This document shows positions 38,248-47,764 of a stretch of DNA of 64,000 bases, one piece after another. The position numbers and the translations under genes were made by a program. The stretch's first letter is position 1; each line of letters begins with the position of its first letter. Origin of the DNA: an uncultured Dehalococcoidia bacterium (GTDB lineage: Bacteria > Chloroflexota > Dehalococcoidia > Lucifugimonadales > UBA826). The stretch is from positions 20,399-84,398 of the forward strand of contig CAYPDR010000022.1 of NCBI GenBank assembly GCA_964409595.1, written 5' to 3'. A model generated the notes under the pieces. That model was given only the letters and a program-made list of their open reading frames with translations. It did no database searches and had not been told where the DNA came from.

Positions 38248-40065
38248 ATGTGTGGAATAGCAGGAATATACAGCTTCAACGGCAGAGAAATTAGAAACCT
38301 CGAGGAAAGGATCGGTCAGATGACTAATTATCTGGTCCATAGAGGTCCAGATGGCCGTGGGATTTATGTGGATCCGAAAATGCAATTCGCTTTGAGTAAT
38401 ACGAGACTAGCCATAAGCGACCCAATTTCTACTTTACAACAACCTCTAACGGACGTTACTAATGACTCATTTTTGACATTCAACGGGGAGATATTCAACG
38501 ATCTGGAACTTCGTGAAGATTTGATTTCTTCCGGGCGACGTTTCAGGTCGAATCAAGATACAGAGATTCTGTTACAAGGGATGGTTGCAGAAGGCGAGCC
38601 GTTTCTTCAGAAAATTGATGGTATGTGGGCCTTCGCATTTTACGATGGCGTAGATAAAAGCCTACTCTTGTCCCGTGACTTGCTTGGTGAAAGACAGTTG
38701 TTTTACAAGCTATACGAAACTGAAATAGTTTTTGCTTCAGAAGTTCCTCCGTTGCTTGCAGATTCCGATATGAAGAATGAGCTCGATTTTCAACAAGTTT
38801 TACATAGTCTTAGACTTGGGGTTCCTGAACCAGGACATACTTTGATAGGGGATATTCGCAAGTTAAATGCAGGTCATAACTTGAAAGTCAATCAAAATGG
38901 TGAGTGGAAAGAATATAGGCACACCCGTTTACATCCAGAGAAATGGCTAGATTACTTTCAATCCAATCCTGATTTAGATAGTGTCGTAGCAAATTTCAAT
39001 GACATTTTTTTCAAATCCTGCTTACGCCGGGTTCCAAGAGATGTCCCATTTATGTCAACTTTGAGCGGAGGGTTAGATAGCGCTTTAGTCAGCATAAATT
39101 CCTCTGGTTTTGGGAAACGAAAAATTGACACTATTTTTGGTTGGTCGTACAGCACTGAAAGCCAAGATATGCCTTTTGAACTGTCCGAACGGGCAGCGAG
39201 TTACGTGACCTCAGATTTTATTGGGTCTAAACACCATGAAGTTCAACTTGATACAGAGGAATCTATTGAAGTGCTGGAGGGAGTAGCTTCCAATTCATAT
39301 GATGGTATGTTGGAAGAGGCAACGGCTCCGTTTGAGATGCTCGCGAGATATGGGAACAAGTTCGGAAAAAAAGTAATGCTTCTAAGCGATGGGCCGGATG
39401 AACTACTCGGTGGATATCCGGGGGATGCGCGCCATTATCTTAACAATAGCGAATATTGCGGCTGGGAGAACTTTAGCTTTATTCCCAATCATCAAACCAA
39501 TGCCCCAAGTGTTCTCGGAGAGTTGTTTGAAGGCTACGACTATAAAGACTATGGAATTAAATTTGGAAGGATACACCCAGATTACTCAGTAATCGGTGAC
39601 CAGCTGGATGTTTCTCAATTAATGGCCTTGTCTTACGCGTCATATACGATCCCAGACTATAACAATTTGAGGACAGACAGAGGGTTTATGCGGGCCAGCG
39701 TAGAATGCAGATCACCGTTTCTGGCGCCAGAAATGGTGGAGTTTATGGTGGCAATGCCGGGGGATCTGCGATTTGGGGATGGCCGTTCCACAAAATGGCT
39801 GATGCGGCGAATAATAGGTGATATTTTGGGGGACAAAATTGCTAAGAGAACGAAACATGGATTTAGTGAGCCCCTCTGGTTTGCACCGGCGATTTCAAAA
39901 GCGCTTCAGTTCGAAGAGGTCCTCAATAGCTCACCGTTACTGAATCTAATGCCTTTTTCAAAAAAATTTCTAGATGCCCCTTTTGCTTCCCCTTTTCACA
40001 AAATAAGGTGGTCAATTTTTTCTCTCACAAAAATGCATCATAATCTTACTAATTGTCGTTTCTGA
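38248..40065 (+). CDS. asparagine synthase family amidotransferase, copy 2
   Basis: MCGIAGIY and PP-loop TLSGGLDSAL. Length is 605 aa. Confidence 0.85.
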   Translation: MCGIAGIYSFNGREIRNLEERIGQMTNYLVHRGPDGRGIYVDPKMQFALSNTRLAISDPISTLQQPLTDVTNDSFLTFNGEIFNDLELREDLISSGRRFRSNQDTEILLQGMVAEGEPFLQKIDGMWAFAFYDGVDKSLLLSRDLLGERQLFYKLYETEIVFASEVPPLLADSDMKNELDFQQVLHSLRLGVPEPGHTLIGDIRKLNAGHNLKVNQNGEWKEYRHTRLHPEKWLDYFQSNPDLDSVVANFNDIFFKSCLRRVPRDVPFMSTLSGGLDSALVSINSSGFGKRKIDTIFGWSYSTESQDMPFELSERAASYVTSDFIGSKHHEVQLDTEESIEVLEGVASNSYDGMLEEATAPFEMLARYGNKFGKKVMLLSDGPDELLGGYPGDARHYLNNSEYCGWENFSFIPNHQTNAPSVLGELFEGYDYKDYGIKFGRIHPDYSVIGDQLDVSQLMALSYASYTIPDYNNLRTDRGFMRASVECRSPFLAPEMVEFMVAMPGDLRFGDGRSTKWLMRRIIGDILGDKIAKRTKHGFSEPLWFAPAISKALQFEEVLNSSPLLNLMPFSKKFLDAPFASPFHKIRWSIFSLTKMHHNLTNCRF

Positions 40066-40081
40066 TGTTTAGCAGGGATCT

Positions 40082-41113
40082 GTGTATAAATCAGAGTCGA
40101 TGGACTGTCAGATGAAGAATATCTCAGTGTTAGTTTCAGGCTATGGCTCTATGGGTAGAAGACATGTGGAGAATCTACTACGTTTGGGAATAGATCAGGT
40201 ATACGTTTGCGATATTGACGAGAGTCGCGTGGCCAAGGCAGATATTGACAAGCGATTGAAGGCATTCTCATCTTTAGAAAGTGCGATTGAACAAGTGACT
40301 CCCATAGCTGTGATAGTGTGCACTCCACCTAATCTACATGTGGACCAAGCCTTGGTTGCCTTGTCTCGCGGTGCTCACGTATTTATAGAAAAGCCCCTGT
40401 CGAACTCACTGGACAAGGTAGATATGTTGACAGAAAAAGCCTGCTCAGAATCCAAAGTTGTTCAAGTTGGATATAACTGGAGGTTCCACGAAGGGCTACA
40501 AAAGATAAACTGTCTACTTAGTAAACAAGAGATAGGCAAAGTCCTGTCAGTCAGGTCAGAATTCGGTCAATACTTACCGGACTGGAGACCTTGGCAAGAT
40601 TATAGACAAAGTTATACGGCAAAATCTTCTATGGGAGGTGGAATTATTTTAGACGCGTCCCACGAGATAGATTATTTGAGATGGTTTCTTGGAGAAATAG
40701 GCCAAGTTTATTGTTGGTCAGGCATCCAGAGTGACTTGAATGTAGATGCAGAAGACACAGCTTCGATGATATTCCGTTTTGAGTCGGGTTGCGTTGGTGA
40801 ACTACATTTGGACTTCATTCAAAGGACGAAATCCAGAAATTGCAAGATTGTAGGTAGCGAGGGCACGATATTTTGGGACAATAATGACCAAGAAGTAAAT
40901 GTTTTCACATCCTTTGAAAGCAGTTGGCGGAAATTTGATGTTTCATCAGATACTAACCAAAAATACTTAAAGGAAATGGCTTCTTTTTTAGATTGCATAG
41001 CTACAGGTCGTGAGCCTGTAGTGGGCGTCGCATCGGCTCGTAGAACCCTGGAGGTTGCGTTGGCATGCCAAAAATCTTCTCAATTAGGTACTTCTATCAA
41101 ACTGCCACTATAG
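40082..41113 (+). CDS. Gfo/Idh/MocA family oxidoreductase, module B
   Basis: VSGYGSMGRRH and FIEKPL. Alternative ATG starts lie at 40100 and 40112. Confidence 0.8.
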   Translation: MYKSESMDCQMKNISVLVSGYGSMGRRHVENLLRLGIDQVYVCDIDESRVAKADIDKRLKAFSSLESAIEQVTPIAVIVCTPPNLHVDQALVALSRGAHVFIEKPLSNSLDKVDMLTEKACSESKVVQVGYNWRFHEGLQKINCLLSKQEIGKVLSVRSEFGQYLPDWRPWQDYRQSYTAKSSMGGGIILDASHEIDYLRWFLGEIGQVYCWSGIQSDLNVDAEDTASMIFRFESGCVGELHLDFIQRTKSRNCKIVGSEGTIFWDNNDQEVNVFTSFESSWRKFDVSSDTNQKYLKEMASFLDCIATGREPVVGVASARRTLEVALACQKSSQLGTSIKLPL

Positions 41114-41174
41114 ATGAATTGACTATGCTCGAGTTATTTTCTGAAGGTTCTGGTATTTAATTGAAACTATTTCT

Positions 41175-41741
41175 ATGATGTCACAAAAAAGGATTAGTGG
41201 AGAACGGTTGGACTTAGCAGTTTTTAGCAACGTTTACATCACCAAAGATTATCTCGGATGGATTAATGATCCTGAAGTGACTGAATATTTGGAAGTAGGA
41301 AATACAACTCAAACAATGGGGTCATTAAAGGAATACACAGAAAAATTTAATGATGAGAATAACTATATGTTTGCCATAATTGCCAAACCGGAGGATATAC
41401 ACATAGGGAATGTAACTCTTCAGAATATCGACTGGTTTCACAAATATGGTACTGAGGGGATCATGATAGGCAGAAGGGATTATTGGGGCAAGGGATACGC
41501 GACAGAGGCAAGAAGAATGATGCTACGATTCGCGTTTTTTGATCTAGGATTGAATAAAGTGGTATCGGGTGCTTTCGCAGATAATCTTGCTGGCATTAAG
41601 AGTAACGCGAAACTTGGGTATCAAAGGGAAGGATTATTGAGGAAGCAGAAGCTACTAAACGGCCAGTATAGGGATGAGGTGCGGCAAGGGTTACTCAAGG
41701 AAGAGTTCATATTGAATGACGAACGAAACAAATCTTTGTAA
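41175..41741 (+). CDS. GNAT N-acetyltransferase (RimJ/RimL-like)
   Basis: YWGKGYATEARRMMLRFAF is a typical GNAT motif A region. Length is 188 aa. Confidence 0.75.
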   Translation: MMSQKRISGERLDLAVFSNVYITKDYLGWINDPEVTEYLEVGNTTQTMGSLKEYTEKFNDENNYMFAIIAKPEDIHIGNVTLQNIDWFHKYGTEGIMIGRRDYWGKGYATEARRMMLRFAFFDLGLNKVVSGAFADNLAGIKSNAKLGYQREGLLRKQKLLNGQYRDEVRQGLLKEEFILNDERNKSL

Positions 41742-41855
41742 TTGATGCTTAATATCCAAAGTTTTATGGTCAATTGGACGGGCTTCATAAGTTTAATGAA
41801 CTGGTTTTGATTAATAAATATTGTTTGTTTTTCGTAAGGATTCAGTGAAATCACG

Positions 41856-43928
41856 ATGCTTGCCATAATACAGGCGAGGATGGCCTCCACGAGACTCCCA
41901 GGAAAGATGCTTGCCGATATAGATGGGCAGCCCATGCTGTGGCACGTGGTGAATAGAACAAGGCGTTCTAGCCTAGTTGATCGTCTAATAGTAGCCACTA
42001 GTGTAAATTCCGGAGATGATCCGATCGTTCAATTTTGCGCTCGGAATAATATCGACTGTTTTCGCGGGTCAGAAGATGATGTTCTGGATCGTTTTTATCA
42101 AGCAGCCAAGTCAGCAAAGGCAGATAGCATAATTAGGATAACAGGGGATTGTCCTCTACTAGACTCGAGTCTGCTTGATGAGGTTGCTCGGATTTACACC
42201 ACAGGTGACTTTGATTATGTGACAAATAGTTTGCGTTATACCTATCCTGACGGTCTTGATGTAGAAGTTTTTTCATACAAAGCATTAGAAAGGGCTTGGA
42301 CTGAGGCTAAATCGCCCAGAGAACGAGAGCATGTTGTGTCATATTTTAAGTACTCCGGTAAGTTTAAAATAACAAATGTGGACAATCCTAAAGGGGCTGT
42401 TGGTGAAAAGTATAGGTGGTCTGTCGACGAACCAGTTGACTTGGAATTCGTTAGAGAAGTGTACCGTAGACTTTCAAAGGGAAAGAATTTTGACTTTGGT
42501 ATGGATGAGGTTGTCAATCTATTGTGTGAAAATCCTGAAATTACTGATATCAACACGGGGATTAATAGGAATGAGGGAAGCTTCACATCATATGCTAATG
42601 AGCCGCCTATACCCGAGCAGGTTCGAACCCTCAAACGTTCATTAGAACTGAAAGAGGAGGCAACTAGATTAATTCCCGGATATACTCAAACTTTCAGCAA
42701 GGGTCCTTTACTTTTTATTCAGGGCGTTTCGCCTGTATACCTGTCCAAAGGACTGGGAAGCCATGTTTGGGACGTTGATCAAAATGAATACATAGATTAC
42801 CCGATGGCTTTGGGACCTGTAATACTGGGCCATAATTATCCGGCTGTCACACAAGCAGTTACCACGCAAATAAACCTCGGATCTAGTTTTTCTCTTGCCC
42901 ACCCCTTGGAGTTGGAAGTCGCCTCGTTATTAGTCGATCAAATACCTTGTGCTGAAATGGTTCGGTTCGGCAAGAACGGGTCTGACGCGACGTCTGGCTC
43001 AGTCAGAGCCGCCAGAGCATTCACCGGTAGAGATATTATCGCCTGTTGTGGGTACCACGGATGGCAAGATTGGTACATCGGTACCACAACTCGCGGAGAA
43101 GGAGTGCCAGAGGCTGTCGCTGAATTGACAATACCGTTTACGTATAATGACTTTTCCAGTTTGGAAAAAATATTTGCCGAAAATCCTGGTCGAGTAGCGG
43201 CGGTGATTATGGAACCAATCGGTGTGGAAGAACCGAAGGACGAATTCTTGAGCAAGGTTCGTGAATTAACCCGTCGGGAGGGATCCGTACTTATTTATGA
43301 TGAGGTAGTAACAGGATTCCGGTTAGGGCTCGGGGGCGCTCAAGAATATTTTGGAGTCACTCCTGACTTGACATGTGTGGGAAAAGGTATGGGGAATGGA
43401 TTTCCTATTTCTGCCGTTGTAGGCAGGAAAGAAATCATGAAAATATTTAATGACATCTTCTTCTCATTTACTTTTGGTGGTGAAGCCGTGTCTTTAGCGG
43501 CCTCCAAGGCTACTATCCAGGAAATGATAGAGAAGCCTGTCATTGAACATCTGTGGCAACAGGGACAGAGGCTGCAAGATGGGTTCAATGTTTTAGCAGA
43601 GACCTACAATGTTGGGGCCTATTTGCAGTGTGTCGGGTTGCCTCCACACACGGCAATTTCCTACAAAGATGGTTCCGAGAAATCGGGAACATCTACGGAG
43701 ACAGACCCCTTGTTGATAAAAAGTTTATTCCAGCAAGAATGTGTGAAGCGGGGAGTACTTGTTTCGAGTTCTCAAAACATGTCCTTCAGTCATAGCAACC
43801 AAGATATTGATTACACTCTTAGAGTTTACCGCACTTCGATGGAAATTTTGTCTGTCGCTCTAAAGGAAGGAGACTTATTGTCGCGCCTAGAAGGACCTCT
43901 AGTGGAACCAGTATTTCGCAACCCGTAA
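41856..43928 (+). CDS. bifunctional fusion: SpsF/NeuA-type cytidylyltransferase (aa 1-~240) + class III aminotransferase (GSA-aminomutase-like, aa ~260-690)
   Basis: The N-domain has IIQARMASTRLPGKMLADIDGQPML and RITGDCPLLD. The C-domain has GSHVWDVDQNEYIDY, IMEPI, DEVVTGFR and CVGKGMGNGFPISAV (PLP Lys). It is a single uninterrupted 690-codon ORF. Confidence 0.8.
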   Translation: MLAIIQARMASTRLPGKMLADIDGQPMLWHVVNRTRRSSLVDRLIVATSVNSGDDPIVQFCARNNIDCFRGSEDDVLDRFYQAAKSAKADSIIRITGDCPLLDSSLLDEVARIYTTGDFDYVTNSLRYTYPDGLDVEVFSYKALERAWTEAKSPREREHVVSYFKYSGKFKITNVDNPKGAVGEKYRWSVDEPVDLEFVREVYRRLSKGKNFDFGMDEVVNLLCENPEITDINTGINRNEGSFTSYANEPPIPEQVRTLKRSLELKEEATRLIPGYTQTFSKGPLLFIQGVSPVYLSKGLGSHVWDVDQNEYIDYPMALGPVILGHNYPAVTQAVTTQINLGSSFSLAHPLELEVASLLVDQIPCAEMVRFGKNGSDATSGSVRAARAFTGRDIIACCGYHGWQDWYIGTTTRGEGVPEAVAELTIPFTYNDFSSLEKIFAENPGRVAAVIMEPIGVEEPKDEFLSKVRELTRREGSVLIYDEVVTGFRLGLGGAQEYFGVTPDLTCVGKGMGNGFPISAVVGRKEIMKIFNDIFFSFTFGGEAVSLAASKATIQEMIEKPVIEHLWQQGQRLQDGFNVLAETYNVGAYLQCVGLPPHTAISYKDGSEKSGTSTETDPLLIKSLFQQECVKRGVLVSSSQNMSFSHSNQDIDYTLRVYRTSMEILSVALKEGDLLSRLEGPLVEPVFRNP

Positions 43929-43951
43929 AAATTTGCCAGTTGTCATGTTAA

Positions 43952-44437
43952 TTGAATTACAAACTTAGTGAATTTGTGGTGCGAGTAGCTGAAATGAGCG
44001 ACGCACCATTATTTTGGGATTGGGCCAACGATCGAGAGGTCAGGCAAAATTCGTGGTCTTCAAAGGAAGTGGAGCTGACTTCACATTTGTCCTGGTTCAA
44101 GGGCAAAATAGAATCGAAGGATTCGAGAGTCTATGTGCTAGAATCGGAGGTAGGTCCGGTCGCTCAAGTGAGGTATGACCGCACACTTTGCAATGAAGCT
44201 GAGATAGACTTTTCAGTGTCATCAAAATGGCGGGGTCAGGGGGTAGGCACAGAGGCTCTGAGACTCACAAAGGAAGATGCGCGTGTTTTCCTGGGAGTTT
44301 GCAGACTATTTGGCATTGTGAAAAGCAATAATTTCGGTTCATGTAAGGCGTTCTTAAAAGCAAGTTTTGTAGAGGGCGACCAAACCGAAATTAAGGGGCA
44401 ACCGTGTAGGACATTTTACTGGCCTAAAAGTCCTTAG
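43952..44437 (+). CDS. small GNAT acetyltransferase (PseH-sized, candidate 4-amino sugar N-acetyltransferase)
   Basis: 161 aa with WRGQGVGTEAL. It sits immediately upstream of the second NeuB-family synthase. Confidence 0.65.
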   Translation: MNYKLSEFVVRVAEMSDAPLFWDWANDREVRQNSWSSKEVELTSHLSWFKGKIESKDSRVYVLESEVGPVAQVRYDRTLCNEAEIDFSVSSKWRGQGVGTEALRLTKEDARVFLGVCRLFGIVKSNNFGSCKAFLKASFVEGDQTEIKGQPCRTFYWPKSP

Positions 44438-44463
44438 AAATAATTCCAAGAGTGGGGATATAA

Positions 44464-45492
44464 TTGCAGAACCTCGGTAGTATAAAAATCGCGGGTAAAA
44501 CCATTGGTTATGGTAGTCCGACATTCATAGTCGCGGAAGTCGGTATAAATCATAGCGGTGACCTAGATCTGGCCCATAAATTGGTTGACGGAGCTGCCGA
44601 CGTTGGGGCCGATTCCATAAAATTTCAGACGATTGATGCTGATTCAAGCTATGTACCGGGCACTCCATCCCATGAGGTGTTTGAGGGAGCCGCATTCACC
44701 TTAGATCAGTATAAGGAACTGCTCATTCATTGCGAGGAACGGGAGATAATTTTCTTTACCACCCCAGGGGATTGGCCGTCTCTAGAAATTTGTAGGAAGT
44801 TACCAGTTCCTGCAATAAAGATAAGTTCTGGGTTAATGACGAATGTCCCAATTATACTAGAGGCAGCGAAAATGGAAGTTCCGCTAGTTATATCTACCGG
44901 GGGATCGTATCTCTGGGAAATCGGCGAAGTGGTAACCAAATTGGAGGAATTAGGAAAAACTGATTTTGCTTTGCTTCACTGTGTGAGCATTTACCCCGCG
45001 AGCGATGATAAATTAAATCTCAGGGCAATTGGAGCTATGCAAGCAGCTTTTCCTTACCCTATCGGGTATTCCGACCACAGCCTAGGCAAGGTTGCCCCTT
45101 TGGCCGCAGTCACCTTGGGAGCAACTCTTATAGAAAAACATTTCACAATTAGTAAAACACTACCTGGAGGAGACAATTTTTTGTCAAGTGAACCCGATGA
45201 ATTTAGAGAGATGGTCCGGGAAATTAGAGATTGTGAGAAGATGCTTGAAGGTGGTGTAAAAAGACCACATGTGGATGAAATGGGATTTCGGTCGGGATAC
45301 AGAAGGCGTCTGGTTGCGAACCAAGATATTTCTTCAGGACAAAAATTAACTTCAGAGCTAGTTGGGTTAAAGCGCCCGCTGAAGCCTGCGGGATTAGGGC
45401 CAGAGTTTTTTGACAGCGTTATAGGTAGGAGAGCGACTCGAAACCTGCGTAAACATGAGCCCATCGGATGGGACTCAATTACCAAAGCTTGA
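44464..45492 (+). CDS. NeuB-family nonulosonic acid synthase (copy 2; PseI-like by context)
   Basis: VAEVGINHSGD, SIKFQT and a C-terminal SAF-like domain. It shares a sub-cluster with pseB/pseC. Confidence 0.85.
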   Translation: MQNLGSIKIAGKTIGYGSPTFIVAEVGINHSGDLDLAHKLVDGAADVGADSIKFQTIDADSSYVPGTPSHEVFEGAAFTLDQYKELLIHCEEREIIFFTTPGDWPSLEICRKLPVPAIKISSGLMTNVPIILEAAKMEVPLVISTGGSYLWEIGEVVTKLEELGKTDFALLHCVSIYPASDDKLNLRAIGAMQAAFPYPIGYSDHSLGKVAPLAAVTLGATLIEKHFTISKTLPGGDNFLSSEPDEFREMVREIRDCEKMLEGGVKRPHVDEMGFRSGYRRRLVANQDISSGQKLTSELVGLKRPLKPAGLGPEFFDSVIGRRATRNLRKHEPIGWDSITKA

Positions 45493-45506
45493 CATGAAGC
45501 AAGAAT

Positions 45507-46565
45507 GTGATTGGTAAAAGTTTTAAGGTTTTAATCACTTGCGTTGGCGGATTTTATGGCCGTGACACAATAGAGGCTCTTAAATCCGATAAGGAATTGG
45601 ATGTGACAGTGGTTGGTGTGGATTCTGACGAGACTGTTCCAAACCGGCATTTTACCGATATGTTCAGTGTAGTGCCTAATGCGGAAGCCCGTCCGGAAGA
45701 TTTTGTAGAAACACTCCTAACTCTCTGCAGTGATTTTTCTATAGACGCGATCGTTCCGGGTTCGGACGAAGAGGCATATGCATTATCTAGAGCTAAGCTT
45801 GACTTCCGTAAGTTAGGCACAGAGTGCGCGGTTCAAGATTTGGAAACTATGGAGTTAATTAGGGATAAGTTAGTATTCTTTCAAAAAATCTCAAATGAAT
45901 CTTTTAACATCCCTAAATTTGCTGACATATCTGTTGTAGAGGATCTGAAAGCAGAAGCTTCACGATTAGGCTATCCGAGCCGTCGTATCATACTGAAACC
46001 ACGCGTCGGTAGAGGCGCGAGAGGCTTGATCGTTTTAGATGAAACTGTTAGGGCCCCCTCCCGTGGTACTGAATCAAGGGGTTACTGGCTAGGAGACCTT
46101 GAGTCCGCAGTCAATATGCTTGAAAAAAAAGATCGGCTTCTAAATTTGATCGGCATGGAATTTCTTCCTGGGGACATCTATGATGTCGATTGTCTAGCCA
46201 AGTCAGGCGATCCTATTTATATAGTTCCAAGAAAGCGTCTGTGGGATTCACCCTTTTCTCGTGGAATCGAGGGTCACGTCATTGAACATGATCAAGAGAT
46301 AGTAGACATCACTAGTCGAATAGTTGCGGCCTTGAAATTGGGATATGCCTTTGATTGTGACTTCGGCACGCATGAAGGTGGCGGGGTCGGTATCCTTGAG
46401 GTCAATCCTAGATGGAGTGGATCCGTAGCAGCTTCACGGGCATCCGGAGTTAACATTCCAGCATTATTGGTTAGAGACTTAATGGGTTTACCTCTTCCCG
46501 ATTTGGAAGTCGTCCATGGAGCTAGCATATTTCCAGTAAGTCGAATGGAATTTTTTAGAGCGTAA
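45507..46565 (+). CDS. ATP-grasp domain protein
   Basis: ILKPRVGRGARGLIVLD, MEFLPGDIYDVDCL and ILEVNPRWSG are typical ATP-grasp blocks. Confidence 0.7.
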   Translation: MIGKSFKVLITCVGGFYGRDTIEALKSDKELDVTVVGVDSDETVPNRHFTDMFSVVPNAEARPEDFVETLLTLCSDFSIDAIVPGSDEEAYALSRAKLDFRKLGTECAVQDLETMELIRDKLVFFQKISNESFNIPKFADISVVEDLKAEASRLGYPSRRIILKPRVGRGARGLIVLDETVRAPSRGTESRGYWLGDLESAVNMLEKKDRLLNLIGMEFLPGDIYDVDCLAKSGDPIYIVPRKRLWDSPFSRGIEGHVIEHDQEIVDITSRIVAALKLGYAFDCDFGTHEGGGVGILEVNPRWSGSVAASRASGVNIPALLVRDLMGLPLPDLEVVHGASIFPVSRMEFFRA

Positions 46566-46614
46566 GGACAGATCTATTGAACTGTAGTTATACAAGTGTT
46601 CATGATAGTTATTC

Positions 46615-47322
46615 GTGTTGGGGGCTGAGAGTATTACAAACATTCTTGTGATAGCAGCACATCCAGATGATGAAGTTTTAGGATGTGGAGGGACAATTCT
46701 CACTACTGCCCCGGAAGACGTGGTTATTATTGGTATTCTTGGTGAAGGAATCACTTCCCGATATCCCAAACGAGATGAGGCCCCTATAGAAGAGTTGAAC
46801 TCTCTAGAATTGCAGGCGAAACAGGTCTCCAGCCTTTTGGGGGCATCGGACCTCGTTCTAGGAGGATTGCCAGACAACAGGTTTGACAGTCTTGATATGT
46901 TGGATATTGTGCAAACTATCGAACAATGGATCGATAAATACAATCCGGGAGTTGTTTACACCCATCATCCGGGTGATCTGAACATCGACCACTCCACCAC
47001 CTATAGGTCTGTGTTGACAGCCACTAGACCGACGAAGGGCTCGGGCGTAAAAGAACTTTATACCTTCGAAGTGCCCTCCTCCACTGAATGGGCTTTCCAA
47101 TCATTATCGCCACCGTTCATGCCCAACACTTTTGTCGATGTCTCAGACGTTATTGACAGAAAGGTGCAGGCTTTAAATGTTTATAAAGATGAGGTTCGTG
47201 ACTTTCCACATCCGCGTTCTTCAGAAGGATTAAAGGTTGTTGCTAGGCGATGGGGTTCCGTAATCGGAACCAATTATGCTGAAGCATTTCAATTAATTAG
47301 ATCTATACGCCGTGATAATTGA
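46615..47322 (+). CDS. PIG-L / LmbE family N-acetyl-sugar deacetylase
   Basis: VIAAHPDDEVLGCGG and HPGDLNIDH (the metal/His motif). Confidence 0.85.
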   Translation: MLGAESITNILVIAAHPDDEVLGCGGTILTTAPEDVVIIGILGEGITSRYPKRDEAPIEELNSLELQAKQVSSLLGASDLVLGGLPDNRFDSLDMLDIVQTIEQWIDKYNPGVVYTHHPGDLNIDHSTTYRSVLTATRPTKGSGVKELYTFEVPSSTEWAFQSLSPPFMPNTFVDVSDVIDRKVQALNVYKDEVRDFPHPRSSEGLKVVARRWGSVIGTNYAEAFQLIRSIRRDN

Positions 47323-47764
47323 TTAGGTTCTCATCTGGAGTCAATGCAGATCACAGAACCGAGAACAGGAATATTTAAGGTCGTTTGCACTACGACATCT
47401 CCGTTATTTTGTGCCTAACTCCGCGTAAAACTTTGGGGCGGCACCTGGATTTGGACATATATATACCGTCGGACAAGTTTTGTATGAGATGCCAGCTGAT
47501 GGAGTTCCAATAATTACATCCAGGGTCTCTACTAGTCAGCCGGAAGATATACGTCCACTACCCCAAACACCGGATAGTCGAGACCATCGTTTTTGAAGGT
47601 GCTAAGGCGTCGAGAGATTAATTGAAGTGGGAACTGACTTAGTTAGTCATCAATAACAACAAGGTAGCAACGGGTATTCAGGACTAATAAGGGATGCCAG
47701 ACCTGACCTCTTAGTTAAGTTTTTCCTTCCATATTCGGATTTTCCTTCAAGCATGAGGCGATAA

